Positions 12,577-23,142 of a stretch of 64,000 nt of DNA are shown in pieces. The notes below the pieces were generated by a model. That model was not told the DNA's origin. It was given only the letters and a program-made list of their open reading frames with translations, and did no database searches. Position 1 is the first letter of the stretch. Each line of letters starts with the position of its first letter. The DNA comes from a virus, in the IMG/VR virus record IMGVR_UViG_3300046318_000188, positions 1 to 64,000 of that record, one strand, 5' to 3'. A program made the translations under genes and the position numbers.

Positions 12577-12749
12577 TGGACTATGTTTATCTTGACTTTA
12601 TAGATTTTAAAGGTTATCAGGAATCTCAAAACGGACAAGTAACTCGTTATGTTGATGAGCAAGGTAATTTTTTGTTTAATATTACACCCGAAGGTAATGG
12701 TGGAATATTATTGGATGGTAATCCTATTAGATTAGATTGGATGTTATAG
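12576..12749 (+). CDS. Small hypothetical protein
   Basis: TAATG stop/start overlap with upstream gene. Confidence 0.55.
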   Translation: MDYVYLDFIDFKGYQESQNGQVTRYVDEQGNFLFNITPEGNGGILLDGNPIRLDWML

Positions 12750-12750
12750 A

Positions 12751-13758
12751 ATGTTAGACTTTTCTCATGTACTTGATACTCCTGGATATGACATTCAGAA
12801 ATTTATAGGTCATAGTTCTGCTACTGCATCTACAGGTGCTGGTGGCCAACAATGGCAAACTTGGAGAAAACCTAGAGGCGCTAAATTTGTTTATATGTTA
12901 GCAGTTGGTGGTGGTGCTTCAGGAGGTACAGGAACAAATACTGCAACAACATCAGGCGGTGGCGGTGGTGGAGGATCAGGAGCACAATCAACATTATTAA
13001 TTCCTGCTATGTTTGTTCCTGATGTTCTTTACATCTTGTGTGGAATGGGTGGTCGACCTGCAGCAACAATAGTAACGGCTACCGCAGGTGTTGGCGGTAC
13101 AGTTACTTACATCTCAGCCGAACCTTTTGAAACCGTTGTACCATTAACTAACGCTGTATATTTACTTGCTGGTGGTGGCGGTGGTGGTTCTGCTGCTTCT
13201 GCAACAGTTGCCGGTGGTGCAGGTGCCGCTGGTGGTGCTGGCGCAATTACTACAGCACCTTTAGCTGGAAAAGGACAATTCTCCTTTATTGCAGGACAAG
13301 CCGGCACAGCTGGCGGTAACGGTACTGCTGGTACTACTGGTGCTACTCTAACTATTCCAGTAACAGGACTTATGGTTACAGGTGGTACGGGCGGTGGAGG
13401 AAAAACAGCAACAGTATTTTCTACTGGTGGAGCAATTACTAGTGCTGCTGGTGGTATCAGTGCATTAAATACCGACACTTTTCCGTTGTCTATACCCGTT
13501 GCAGCTGCAGCGGCCGGTGCAACTCCCGCAGTTCCCGGCCGAAATGGAATTATATTAAAAAACTCTATAATGCATTTTGGCGGCCAAGGTGGCGGTTCTG
13601 CTTCAGAAACATCTGGTGGTATTGCTGGTGCCGGAGGAAATGCTGCTCCGGGTTCTGGTGGCGGCGGTGCAGGCGGATCATCAGTCACAGCCGGTGTAAA
13701 TACATTAGCCAGACCAGGTGACGGTGGTGATGGATTTGTTTTGATGATTTCATTTTAG
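12751..13758 (+). CDS. Glycine-rich tail-associated protein
   Basis: WRKPRGAKFVYMLAVGGG...GGDGFVLM Gly-rich domain pattern. Confidence 0.65.
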   Translation: MLDFSHVLDTPGYDIQKFIGHSSATASTGAGGQQWQTWRKPRGAKFVYMLAVGGGASGGTGTNTATTSGGGGGGGSGAQSTLLIPAMFVPDVLYILCGMGGRPAATIVTATAGVGGTVTYISAEPFETVVPLTNAVYLLAGGGGGGSAASATVAGGAGAAGGAGAITTAPLAGKGQFSFIAGQAGTAGGNGTAGTTGATLTIPVTGLMVTGGTGGGGKTATVFSTGGAITSAAGGISALNTDTFPLSIPVAAAAAGATPAVPGRNGIILKNSIMHFGGQGGGSASETSGGIAGAGGNAAPGSGGGGAGGSSVTAGVNTLARPGDGGDGFVLMISF

Positions 13759-13845
13759 AGTGGTATATGTTTGGTAATATGTGTTAAGTTGGTTGAAATT
13801 AAGTAATACATATTATATAATGGTTATATTTAATGGAGAAATATT

Positions 13846-14544
13846 ATGACGGATGAAGTACAAATTATTGGTAATGATGGTGAAGTTTCGGTTTCAGATG
13901 TGTTACAAGAAACTCATTATTTCACTACAGGGATTTATCAAATTAATAAACCAGAGTTCCTTACACCTGCTAGAGAAGTGGCTTATGAATCACTTAAACA
14001 GGTAAAAAAAGAAGTTGATTTAAATAAAATATATCCTGCTTATATGTCTTATAGTTTTGCTGATGATCCTAGATTATCTGATTTGGTTACTTACATTGGT
14101 CTATCTGCTGGAAATATATTAAGGTCACAAGGCTTTAATATGGATAATTCAGAGGTTGTATTCAATGAATTTTGGGCTCAAGAACACCATCAGTATTCTG
14201 GACAAGAAGAGCATGTTCATCCAGGTCAACAAATTTCTGGTTTCTATTTCCTAGATGTTCCACAGGATTCTTCATTGATTACTTTCCATGATCCTAGACC
14301 AGCAAAGAAAATGATGAATCTTGCAGAACAAGATATGAGCCAAATTACCTATGCTAGTGCTGCAATCAATTTTGTTCCAACACCTGGACTATTGATGTTC
14401 TCTAATTCTTGGTTACCACATACATTTACTAAGAATGCTTCAAAGAAATCATTTAAATTTATTCATTTTAACCTTGGTGTACGATATGTTGTTCCCACAC
14501 AAACAACACCACAACCACCAGTAAATTCACCTGAAATCGTATGA
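13846..14544 (+). CDS. Putative 2OG-Fe(II) oxygenase (TIGR02466-like)
   Basis: HVHP..ISGFYF, FHDPRP, F.NSWLPH motifs. Confidence 0.75.
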   Translation: MTDEVQIIGNDGEVSVSDVLQETHYFTTGIYQINKPEFLTPAREVAYESLKQVKKEVDLNKIYPAYMSYSFADDPRLSDLVTYIGLSAGNILRSQGFNMDNSEVVFNEFWAQEHHQYSGQEEHVHPGQQISGFYFLDVPQDSSLITFHDPRPAKKMMNLAEQDMSQITYASAAINFVPTPGLLMFSNSWLPHTFTKNASKKSFKFIHFNLGVRYVVPTQTTPQPPVNSPEIV

Positions 14545-14816
14545 ACAAGTATCACATCAGATTTAATAAGAGTAGAGGACAGCCAGGTCGTGGTACCAAA
14601 GACCATGTCTGGCGAGTCTTTGAAAATGGTACTAAAGAATATCTCTTTAAGCATGTCAATATTAATGTGCCAATGTATGATGAAGTTACTGGTGATGGTC
14701 AAGGAAACGATGACTGGAACTTTGCCTGTGAAGGTCAGCTGATAATTGACAAAGAAAATTCAACAGCCATTATAGTGAGCCTTGAAACCACTTGTAGTCC
14801 TACCAAACGGGACTAA
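14541..14816 (+). CDS. Hypothetical protein
   Basis: ATGA overlap with upstream gene. Confidence 0.6.
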   Translation: MNKYHIRFNKSRGQPGRGTKDHVWRVFENGTKEYLFKHVNINVPMYDEVTGDGQGNDDWNFACEGQLIIDKENSTAIIVSLETTCSPTKRD

Positions 14817-14850
14817 ACATAAATAATACATTATACAAGATAATGTACCA

Positions 14851-15399
14851 ATGACGACATCAATCCAAACAGCACTTGACCAAGCCAATGCAGCTATTGC
14901 TAGTATTGGTGCTTCATTGGTTACATTACAAAACCAAAGTGATTTATTAAATGTTACGCCGGTTACGGTTAATCAACAGATAAGTATTCTTACTGCGGCA
15001 AATACAGATGTTTTCTATTTGTATTCGGACCATGGTGTTGTTAATGTTGGTGCTGCTAATGGCGGTATTATTTTTCCGACAGGCACCACACAACAAAGAC
15101 CTACGAGTCCACAGAGTGGTACTGTCCGATATAATACCAATTCTAGCTCTTTGGAGATATATACAAGTACATGGCAAGATGTTGGTACTGGTGCTTCAAG
15201 TGGTGGAAGTTCTGGTGTAAGCGGTTCTAGTGGTGGTGGTGGTGCAAACGGTGGAATTTTCTATGTTAGTTCACAACAAATTACTTCCAGTTTTGTATCA
15301 GGCAATGCAAATAATATCCTTTCAGTAGGACCATTAACACTATCAAACACATCGGTTGCAGTACAAATTACAGGTAATTCTGTATGGAAAGTTATTTAA
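14851..15399 (+). CDS. Tail-associated hypothetical protein
   Basis: PTGTTQQRP...VRYNT motif typical of T4-like fibre proteins. Confidence 0.6.
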   Translation: MTTSIQTALDQANAAIASIGASLVTLQNQSDLLNVTPVTVNQQISILTAANTDVFYLYSDHGVVNVGAANGGIIFPTGTTQQRPTSPQSGTVRYNTNSSSLEIYTSTWQDVGTGASSGGSSGVSGSSGGGGANGGIFYVSSQQITSSFVSGNANNILSVGPLTLSNTSVAVQITGNSVWKVI

Positions 15400-15410
15400 A
15401 GGAATAAAAC

Positions 15411-16466
15411 ATGACGCTTATTTTTGACGCAATCAACGGATTTAGAGATACTGGCACAGGCGCCTTAGGATTGCCTTCTGGTACTACTGCTGAACGACCA
15501 TCAAATCCAGCTAATGGTTACATGAGATATAATACCAATACTGCGGTAATAGAAACTTATGTAAATGGTTCATGGGGAACATATGTTTCTGGATCATATA
15601 ATGTACAAGCTCTTATTGTTGCTGGTGGTGGAGGCGGTGGAGGTGGTGCTGGTTGGGCTTGTGGAGGTGGCGGAGCTGGAGGTGTAGTTACGCTTGCAAG
15701 TTATTCTGTTACTTCAGGAGTTTTATATTCTGTTGTGATTGGATCTGGTGGTAATGCTGGCGCAGGTACTGTCGGTGCCAACGGCGGAAATTCAACTTGC
15801 TTTGGCCAAACTGCCGTGGGTGGTGGTGGCGGCACTACTGGAGGTGCTGGATCACCTGGAGGATCCGGAGGAGGCGCAGCTTCGGGACCTAATACAACCA
15901 CACCATACTATGGTGGAACTGGAACCACTGGCCAAGGAACTGCCGGAGGAAATTATCTAGGACAAGGTAATGATCCTAGTGGCCAAACAAGATCAGGTGG
16001 TGCAGGTGGCGGCGGAGCAACTACCGCAGGAACAGGTACAGCGAGTAACTCATCCGTGGCCACCACAGGTGGTACTGGTATGTTATCTTCAATTACAGGA
16101 ACATCAACATATTATGCTGGTGGAGGCGGTGGAGGTGGTGTAACACAAGCATATCCACCAAACTCTCCATATGGATATTCTATTGCAGGATCCGGTGGTC
16201 CAGGTGGTGGAGGACCAGGTACACAAAGTAATAGCACAGCGACTCCTGGTACTGCCAATTCAGGTGGTGGCGGAGGAGGATCCGGAGGATATTATAATCC
16301 TACTTTGTATCCAGGAAATGGCGGCAATGGTGGATCAGGCGTTGTGTTTATATCATATCAGAATTCAGTACAGAGAGGTACTGGAGGTACTGTAACGAGT
16401 TACACTTCAGGTGGTTTAACATATTGGGTTCATACATTTAACTCATCAGGAACTTTTACCGCTTAG
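15411..16466 (+). CDS. Glycine-rich tail-associated protein
   Basis: PSGTTAERP..MRYNT; LIVAGGGGG; HTFNSSGTF. Confidence 0.7.
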   Translation: MTLIFDAINGFRDTGTGALGLPSGTTAERPSNPANGYMRYNTNTAVIETYVNGSWGTYVSGSYNVQALIVAGGGGGGGGAGWACGGGGAGGVVTLASYSVTSGVLYSVVIGSGGNAGAGTVGANGGNSTCFGQTAVGGGGGTTGGAGSPGGSGGGAASGPNTTTPYYGGTGTTGQGTAGGNYLGQGNDPSGQTRSGGAGGGGATTAGTGTASNSSVATTGGTGMLSSITGTSTYYAGGGGGGGVTQAYPPNSPYGYSIAGSGGPGGGGPGTQSNSTATPGTANSGGGGGGSGGYYNPTLYPGNGGNGGSGVVFISYQNSVQRGTGGTVTSYTSGGLTYWVHTFNSSGTFTA

Positions 16467-16524
16467 AGATTTATGTTGTAAAACTATATAATAGTTAGTG
16501 GTTTTTTATAAAAAAGGTGATTAT

Positions 16525-17094
16525 ATGATGTTTAAAAATACTTATTGGTTTTGGGAAGCAGAAATTAAACCAGAAGTTTGTGATAAGTGGGTTAACGAAC
16601 ACTTTAACAATAATGAGATTGAAGAAGCTACAGTAGGTACTGGTAAAGGTGATTATATAAAAAACAATGATGTTAGAATTACTGATGTTGTTTGGATAAA
16701 ACCAGGAACAGAAATTTTTGATACTATTTTTAATTATGTAAAAAGTGCCAACATGAATGCTGGATGGAATTTTGATTTGTCTGGTATGGAAGATGTACAA
16801 TTAGGAAAATATTCAGATGGTGGATTCTATGATTGGCATATTGATGCTTTTGCCCCAGAAGAAGGTAATTGGCAACGAAAATTAAGTTGCTCAATACAAT
16901 TAACTGATCCTGATATGTATGAAGGTGGTGATTTAATTATAAAAACATCATTACAAGGAAGTACTGAAATGGTATCTAGAAAAAAAGGAACTATTGTGGT
17001 ATTTCCTAGTTTTGTGGAACATAAAGTAACGCCAGTCACAAAAGGTACAAGATACTCTGCTGTGTCTTGGATGAAAGGTCAAGCATTTAGATGA
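16525..17094 (+). CDS. Prolyl-4-hydroxylase-like 2OG-Fe(II) oxygenase
   Basis: YDWHID, RKLSCSIQL..YEGG, FPSFVEHKVTPVTKGTRYS. Confidence 0.85.
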   Translation: MMFKNTYWFWEAEIKPEVCDKWVNEHFNNNEIEEATVGTGKGDYIKNNDVRITDVVWIKPGTEIFDTIFNYVKSANMNAGWNFDLSGMEDVQLGKYSDGGFYDWHIDAFAPEEGNWQRKLSCSIQLTDPDMYEGGDLIIKTSLQGSTEMVSRKKGTIVVFPSFVEHKVTPVTKGTRYSAVSWMKGQAFR

Positions 17095-17122
17095 TTATCA
17101 TCAAATGAAAAGGAAAAAGTAA

Positions 17123-17515
17123 ATGTCGCATTATGCTAAAGTATTAAATAATAAAGTTATAAATTCAATTGCCGCTGAGGCTGAGTTTTTTGACACCTTT
17201 GTAGATACTTCACCAGGACAATGGCTTCAAACTTCATATAACAGTAGAGCAAATACTCATTATTTACCTAATAGTGATACTCCATCGGGTCAACCAGCAC
17301 TACGAGCTAACTTTGCTAGTGTTGGAGATAATTATGACCCAATAAATGATGTGTTTTATGCACCACAACCTTACACACATTGGGTTTTAAACACCACAAA
17401 ATGGATATGGGAACCGCCAATTCCGTATCCAACAGGTGGCGATCCATATCAATGGGATGATAGTGCTAATACTTGGGCTCTAGTTGTTTCAGCTTTACCC
17501 TCAGTAAATACTTAA
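17123..17515 (+). CDS. Hypothetical protein (fibre-associated)
   Basis: WLQTSYN...LRANFA..GD.YD...DVFYAPQPY pattern. Confidence 0.6.
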   Translation: MSHYAKVLNNKVINSIAAEAEFFDTFVDTSPGQWLQTSYNSRANTHYLPNSDTPSGQPALRANFASVGDNYDPINDVFYAPQPYTHWVLNTTKWIWEPPIPYPTGGDPYQWDDSANTWALVVSALPSVNT

Positions 17516-17579
17516 TACTATCATATTCCACATAAGATAAATAGTCCATTATAGGATAAGTTTATCCAAGGAAAACTAA

Positions 17580-18353
17580 ATGTCTACTATTTCCACTAGA
17601 GAAGATTTCAAAAATTATTGCCTGCGCAGATTAGGCTTTCCGGTCATCGAGTTAAACCTTGATGAGGACCAAATTCAAGACCGTATTGATGATGCGCTTC
17701 AATACTGGCAAGACTACCATTTTGATGGTACTCAAAAAGTATACTATATCAAAAAGATTGGTCAAACCGAAATTACTCAAAAGTACCTAGACTTGACGGA
17801 TGCCAGAGATTCTTCTAATAACCATATGGATATCGTTGGTGTTACTCGTATATTTCCAGTACAAGATTCACAAGCTTCCGTTTCTATGTTTGACCTAAGA
17901 TATCAACTAAGATTAAACGAACTCTACGACTTCACCTCCGCATCATACATCAACTATACCCTTACAGCACAGCACTTACGTTCACTGGAACTGTTGTTCT
18001 CTGGAGAAGTTCCTATTCGATTCCAAAGACATATGCAAAGACTGTATATTGATTGGGCATGGGGAGCATCCGAAGCACCAGTTGGTACTGTTGTTATTGC
18101 CGAAGCGTATGCTAATATTGATCCGGCAATTTACCAAAAAGTGTGGAATGACCGTTGGTTAAAAGAATATGCTACCGCTTTGATTAAGAGAACTTGGGGT
18201 AACAATCTTAAAAAGTTTTCTGGTATTCAATTACCAGGTGGTGTCACACTAAATGGCGATAAGATTTATGAAGAAGCTGTTGGTGAGATTGAGAAATTAG
18301 AAACTGAAATGCAGACCGAATATGGTGCGCCTTTGGAATGGCTGATGAATTAA
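17580..18353 (+). CDS. gp13: Neck protein gp13
   Basis: YCLRRLGFPVIELN; LPGGVTLNG; synteny. Confidence 0.92.
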   Translation: MSTISTREDFKNYCLRRLGFPVIELNLDEDQIQDRIDDALQYWQDYHFDGTQKVYYIKKIGQTEITQKYLDLTDARDSSNNHMDIVGVTRIFPVQDSQASVSMFDLRYQLRLNELYDFTSASYINYTLTAQHLRSLELLFSGEVPIRFQRHMQRLYIDWAWGASEAPVGTVVIAEAYANIDPAIYQKVWNDRWLKEYATALIKRTWGNNLKKFSGIQLPGGVTLNGDKIYEEAVGEIEKLETEMQTEYGAPLEWLMN

Positions 18354-18354
18354 T

Positions 18355-19245
18355 ATGCCAACCAATCTATATTTCAATAATTATAAATCTCACGGCGAAC
18401 AAACACTAGTTGAAGATTTAATTGTAGAGTCCATTAAAATTCTTGGATTCGATGCGTTTTATCTTCCTAATGACAACGACCAAGCCAGAGATTTATTATA
18501 CGGCGAAGATCCGGTTAAGAAATTTGAATCGGCATTTCCTGTTGAGATGTATGTTTCTTCTGACCCATTGGATTACATTGGTAAAAAAGACTTCTTTTCT
18601 AAATTTGGTTTAGAAATTAAAGACGATGTTAATGTAATTATGTCACGCAGAAGTTTTCAACAAAGAGTACCACAGAATTCATTTACTAGACCAAGAGAAG
18701 GTGACTTGGTTTACATTCCATTTTTAAATGGTACTGGCGAATTGTTTGAAATTAAATTTGCAGAACAATCAAAAGACTTCCATATGCTTGGAAGGCCTCA
18801 ACCATATTTCTATGAATTAAACCTAGAGAAATACAAATACTCTCAGGAAGTTATTGCTACTGGTATGCAAGACATTGACTTGGCTGTAACGAACAATGCT
18901 TATACATTGAGTTTAAATATTAATCACCGTACGGGTACTGGTTATTATGAAATTAAAGAAATTGTATATCAATCTGCTGACCAAACACAAGCAAATGCTA
19001 CAGTTGTTGCTATCGTTCAATCATTTATACCTTCTTCAAACACATTAACAGTAACTAATATTGCCGGTGAATTTGTTGATGGTGGAACAATTATTGGTGC
19101 AACCAGCAACGCAAGATATTCTTTAATGAATTTTGATCCTTTATTAGACAATTCTTTCTCAGAAACATACGACAACAAACATATTGATTTAAGTTCAGAA
19201 GGTGTTGTCAATTTCTCTGAAACTAATCCGTTTGGAAATATCTAA
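18355..19245 (+). CDS. gp14: Neck protein gp14
   Basis: EQTLVEDLIVESI; FSKFGLEI; RPREGDL; FSETNPFG. Confidence 0.9.
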   Translation: MPTNLYFNNYKSHGEQTLVEDLIVESIKILGFDAFYLPNDNDQARDLLYGEDPVKKFESAFPVEMYVSSDPLDYIGKKDFFSKFGLEIKDDVNVIMSRRSFQQRVPQNSFTRPREGDLVYIPFLNGTGELFEIKFAEQSKDFHMLGRPQPYFYELNLEKYKYSQEVIATGMQDIDLAVTNNAYTLSLNINHRTGTGYYEIKEIVYQSADQTQANATVVAIVQSFIPSSNTLTVTNIAGEFVDGGTIIGATSNARYSLMNFDPLLDNSFSETYDNKHIDLSSEGVVNFSETNPFGNI

Positions 19246-20237
19246 TGGCTAATATAGCATACAACCGCATCATTCGTAAACTCGTAGTTTCTTTTGGTAA
19301 ACTATTTGATGATATTACTTTGGTGCGTTACAATCCGGATTTATCAGAAGCGGAAAGATTTTTAGTACCTCTTGTATATGCTACCAAAGAATTATATGTA
19401 AGGCGTTTAGAGGATGATCCTGCTTTAGATAAAAAAATTCAAATAGCCTTACCAAGAATGTCATTTGAAATGAATGGTCTTACATATGATGTATCAAGAA
19501 AATTAAATACCAATATTAAAAGTTTTGCACAGACAAGTTCTGGTGTAATTGCTCAATACAATCCTGTTCCTTATAACTTTGATTTTAACCTTTATATCTA
19601 TGTAAGAAACATAGAAGATGGTACACAAATTATTGAACACATTCTTCCATACTTTGCACCAGATTATACTTTAAAATTGAATTTAATTCCTGAAATGGGA
19701 ATTGTTAAAGAAGTGCCAATCGTTCTCAATTCAGCCACATCTGAAATTGATTATGAAGGTGATAAAAATTCTGAAACAAGAATGATTATTTGGACACTTA
19801 ATTTTACAGTTAAAGGTTTCATATTTGGTAAAACATCTACTGCTGGACTTATTAGAACATCCATTACAAACATCTTTAGTAATGTTTCACAAGCTGATAA
19901 ATTTATATTTAATATGGCACAACCAGGAATTGGAACATATCAAGCAGGAGAAACAGTATACCAAGGATATTCTGCACAGTCAGCAACAGCATCAGGTAAA
20001 GTTGTTTTGTGGGATAACAACACATTACACCTAACAAATATTGATGGAAATTTTGTTTCAAATCAACCTATTATTGGTTTAGTTTCAAATTCAAATTACA
20101 TATTTGATTCGTATACACCACAGTCTGCACAATATGAACAAGTTGCAAAGATTGTTGTTGTTCCTAATCCACTAACTGCTAATGCCAATAGTGATTATAC
20201 ATATACCACCACAATAACGGAAACTCCTAACCTATAA
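19245..20237 (+). CDS. gp15: Tail sheath stabilizer gp15
   Basis: LPRMSFE; QIIEHILPYFAP. Confidence 0.9.
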   Translation: MANIAYNRIIRKLVVSFGKLFDDITLVRYNPDLSEAERFLVPLVYATKELYVRRLEDDPALDKKIQIALPRMSFEMNGLTYDVSRKLNTNIKSFAQTSSGVIAQYNPVPYNFDFNLYIYVRNIEDGTQIIEHILPYFAPDYTLKLNLIPEMGIVKEVPIVLNSATSEIDYEGDKNSETRMIIWTLNFTVKGFIFGKTSTAGLIRTSITNIFSNVSQADKFIFNMAQPGIGTYQAGETVYQGYSAQSATASGKVVLWDNNTLHLTNIDGNFVSNQPIIGLVSNSNYIFDSYTPQSAQYEQVAKIVVVPNPLTANANSDYTYTTTITETPNL

Positions 20238-20238
20238 A

Positions 20239-20664
20239 ATGAATGAATTGAATAAATCATTGTCTGAAGTATTTGATGTAGAACCTTTAAAAGAAGTTAA
20301 GGAAGAAAAAAAAGAAAAACTTCCTGTTCTACAACAAAACTATAACGAACCTGATATGAAACAGGACTTGACTGATGCGTACCAACAGTCAAAAGAAAAT
20401 CTACAAGCCATCATAGACCAAGGCAAAGAAGCAATGGAAGAAATTCTTCAAATTGCCAAAGTTGGTCAACATCCAAGAGCATTTGAAGTTTACGGTACCA
20501 TACTTAAAAACATGGTAGATGCCAATAAAGAATTATTGGCCATACAAAAACAAATGCGTGACATGGATCCCAAATCCAAATCAGAAAGCAATACAACAAT
20601 CGATAAAGCTATCTTTGTTGGTTCAACAAGTGAACTTAGTAAATTATTAAAAGGTAAAATGTAA
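20239..20664 (+). CDS. gp16: Terminase small subunit gp16
   Basis: HPRAFEV; AIFVGSTSEL. Confidence 0.9.
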   Translation: MNELNKSLSEVFDVEPLKEVKEEKKEKLPVLQQNYNEPDMKQDLTDAYQQSKENLQAIIDQGKEAMEEILQIAKVGQHPRAFEVYGTILKNMVDANKELLAIQKQMRDMDPKSKSESNTTIDKAIFVGSTSELSKLLKGKM

Positions 20665-21401
20665 TGAAGTTGTATGTGAATATTTGTTTTCATTATGTGG
20701 AAGAAAGATTAAAGATTCTAGATGAAGTAATTGCTTCGGTCAATGAAATCCCCACAGATGAAACCATTATTATTGTTAATAGTAATGAGTTATTTGAATG
20801 TGAAGCCGTTGTTAATGTTGCGCACGGATTAAAAGACCCATACCATCTTACATGGGAACATAAAAAATATATGTCAGAATTTTTAAAGACTGACTATACT
20901 CATTATGCTTATCTTGAAGATGATATGAAATTGACCACAACAACATTGGAATATTGGTTACAAACCAAAAAGTTATTTAAGAGTAATGGTTTCAATTTTA
21001 TTCCTGCCATTCACCGTATTGAATATAAAGATGGTATTGAAGTATCATTAGATGCTACCAAAAAACCTGGTGCTTGTGATGCTATTATTTTAGATAATCA
21101 GAAATTTGTTTTTCTTCCTGAACCATATCAAGGTATGTTTATTATGGATAGAGAAGATGTTATTGAACATTTAAACTCTCAGTACTCTAACATTGGCCAA
21201 TATCATAATTATGGTATTAGAGAATCAGCTAATATTGGCAACATGTATGTTAATGTGCCACAAGGATATTCTCATCGTGCTGTAGTACCTGTAAATAACT
21301 TTGAACAATGTTGGGTACATCATGTGGCCAACAATTATGCTGATAACCTAAATACTCCTCATGCTAAAGTACCAGCAAAGGATTTATTAGATGGCAACTA
21401 A
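20664..21401 (+). CDS. GT-A-like hypothetical protein inserted between gp16 and gp17
   Basis: YAYLEDD motif; overlaps both neighbours. Confidence 0.55.
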   Translation: MKLYVNICFHYVEERLKILDEVIASVNEIPTDETIIIVNSNELFECEAVVNVAHGLKDPYHLTWEHKKYMSEFLKTDYTHYAYLEDDMKLTTTTLEYWLQTKKLFKSNGFNFIPAIHRIEYKDGIEVSLDATKKPGACDAIILDNQKFVFLPEPYQGMFIMDREDVIEHLNSQYSNIGQYHNYGIRESANIGNMYVNVPQGYSHRAVVPVNNFEQCWVHHVANNYADNLNTPHAKVPAKDLLDGN

Positions 21402-23070
21402 ACTTAAAGAATCGTACCGTGATAACCCCTTACTAAAACGAGTGGGAGTTCAAGTACAATTTACAGAAGAACAAGTTGAAGAATATATTAAATGTTCTAA
21501 AGACCCAATTTACTTTGCCAAATACATTAAGATTATTACTCTTGATGAAGGTGTTGTACCTTTCAAAATGTACGACTTTCAAGAGGACATGATTAAGACT
21601 TTCCATAATAATCGTTTTACCATTATGAAGTGTCCTCGCCAGGTTGGTAAAACTACTACAACCGTTGCATATCTCCTCTGGTCTATTCTATTCCAAGATT
21701 CACAATCAATTGCAGTTCTTGCCAACCGTGGTGAAACTGCCCGTGGTATTCTAGGTAAACTCCAGTTAGCATATGAGAATCTACCTATGTGGTTACAACA
21801 AGGTGTCGTAGAGTGGAACAAAGGTCGTGTTGAATTGGAGAATGGTTCTATAATCATTGCATCTTCAACATCAGGTTCAGCTGCTCGTTCTGGTTCGTTT
21901 AACATTGTATTCTTAGACGAGTTTGCTTTCGTACCGGCAAATATTGCCACAGACTTTATTACTTCAGTTTATCCAGTTATTACTGCTGGTACCAAAACAA
22001 AAATTATTATTGTTTCTACTCCTAATGGTATGAATCTGTTTTATAAGATTTGGACTGATGCAGTTAATAAAAATAATAACTATGTACCATTTGAAGTTCA
22101 TTGGTCTATGGTACCCGGTCGTGATGAAGCTTGGAAAGATGAAACAATCCGTAATACTTCTGAATACCAGTTTAGACAGGAGTTTGAAACTGAGTTCTTA
22201 GGATCCAGTAATACTCTCATTTCTGGTCAAAAGTTACAAGCTTTAACATTTAAAAATCCCATTGCGGTACACGATAAGATTAATATCTATGAACATCCTA
22301 TCAAAGGTGATGAAGAAGCGCTTAAGGACCACTTGTATTGTATTACGGTTGACGTTTCTGAAGGTCGAAACTTAGATAGTTCTGCTTTCTCCGTGTTTGA
22401 TATATCGACCACACCTTACCGACAAGTAGCAACCTATAAGTCCTCATCGATATCACCTATTTTGTTTCCTACGGTAATTCATAATGCCGCTAGGTTGTAT
22501 AATGATGCTTATATTTTGGTAGAAATTAATAATAATCCACAGGTTGCTGATATTATTCACCAAGACCTTGAATATGAGAATCTCTGGAAGGTCTTTACAG
22601 GTAATAAGAAACCACAACAACTACATAGTGGATTCGGTCGTGGTGTCCAAATGGGTGTCAAAATGTCACCAGCCGTCAAAAGGGTGGGTTGTTCTAACCT
22701 AAAAACCTTAATTGAAGGTGACAAATTACAAATTATTGATTTTGATACCATTTCAGAATTAACTACCTTTGTGGCCAATAAGACATCTTTTGCTGCTGAA
22801 GGTGATGCCAATGATGATATGGCCATGACTTTAGTGTTGTTTGCTTGGGCGGCAACACAAAAATACTTTAAAGAAATCGTTAACCACGATATTCGAAAAC
22901 AAATCCAGTTGGAAAACATGAATCAATTGGATGAGGAAGTGCTACCGGCACCTATTATTGAGAATGGGTTAAATAATTCATTTGAAGTTATTGATGGTGA
23001 TGTTTGGGAACTAGCAAACGGTGGCGAGGCATATGCAGGCTTTATGCAAGATTCGTTTGAAAATCTCTAA
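21391..23070 (+). CDS. gp17: Terminase large subunit gp17
   Basis: PRQVGKTT Walker A, FLDEFAF Walker B, STPNG. Confidence 0.97.
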   Translation: MATKLKESYRDNPLLKRVGVQVQFTEEQVEEYIKCSKDPIYFAKYIKIITLDEGVVPFKMYDFQEDMIKTFHNNRFTIMKCPRQVGKTTTTVAYLLWSILFQDSQSIAVLANRGETARGILGKLQLAYENLPMWLQQGVVEWNKGRVELENGSIIIASSTSGSAARSGSFNIVFLDEFAFVPANIATDFITSVYPVITAGTKTKIIIVSTPNGMNLFYKIWTDAVNKNNNYVPFEVHWSMVPGRDEAWKDETIRNTSEYQFRQEFETEFLGSSNTLISGQKLQALTFKNPIAVHDKINIYEHPIKGDEEALKDHLYCITVDVSEGRNLDSSAFSVFDISTTPYRQVATYKSSSISPILFPTVIHNAARLYNDAYILVEINNNPQVADIIHQDLEYENLWKVFTGNKKPQQLHSGFGRGVQMGVKMSPAVKRVGCSNLKTLIEGDKLQIIDFDTISELTTFVANKTSFAAEGDANDDMAMTLVLFAWAATQKYFKEIVNHDIRKQIQLENMNQLDEEVLPAPIIENGLNNSFEVIDGDVWELANGGEAYAGFMQDSFENL

Positions 23071-23142
23071 ATATGACCTTACATAAATATTATCATGGTA
23101 TTATAACTGCCAATACAACATCATATTCAAGGAGATAATCAA

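Noticed and set aside
3341-16395. Many alternative-frame and antisense ORFs over the fibre and Gly-rich genes
   Set aside because: Shadow ORFs caused by repetitive GGT/GCT codon usage; no RBS or independent features.
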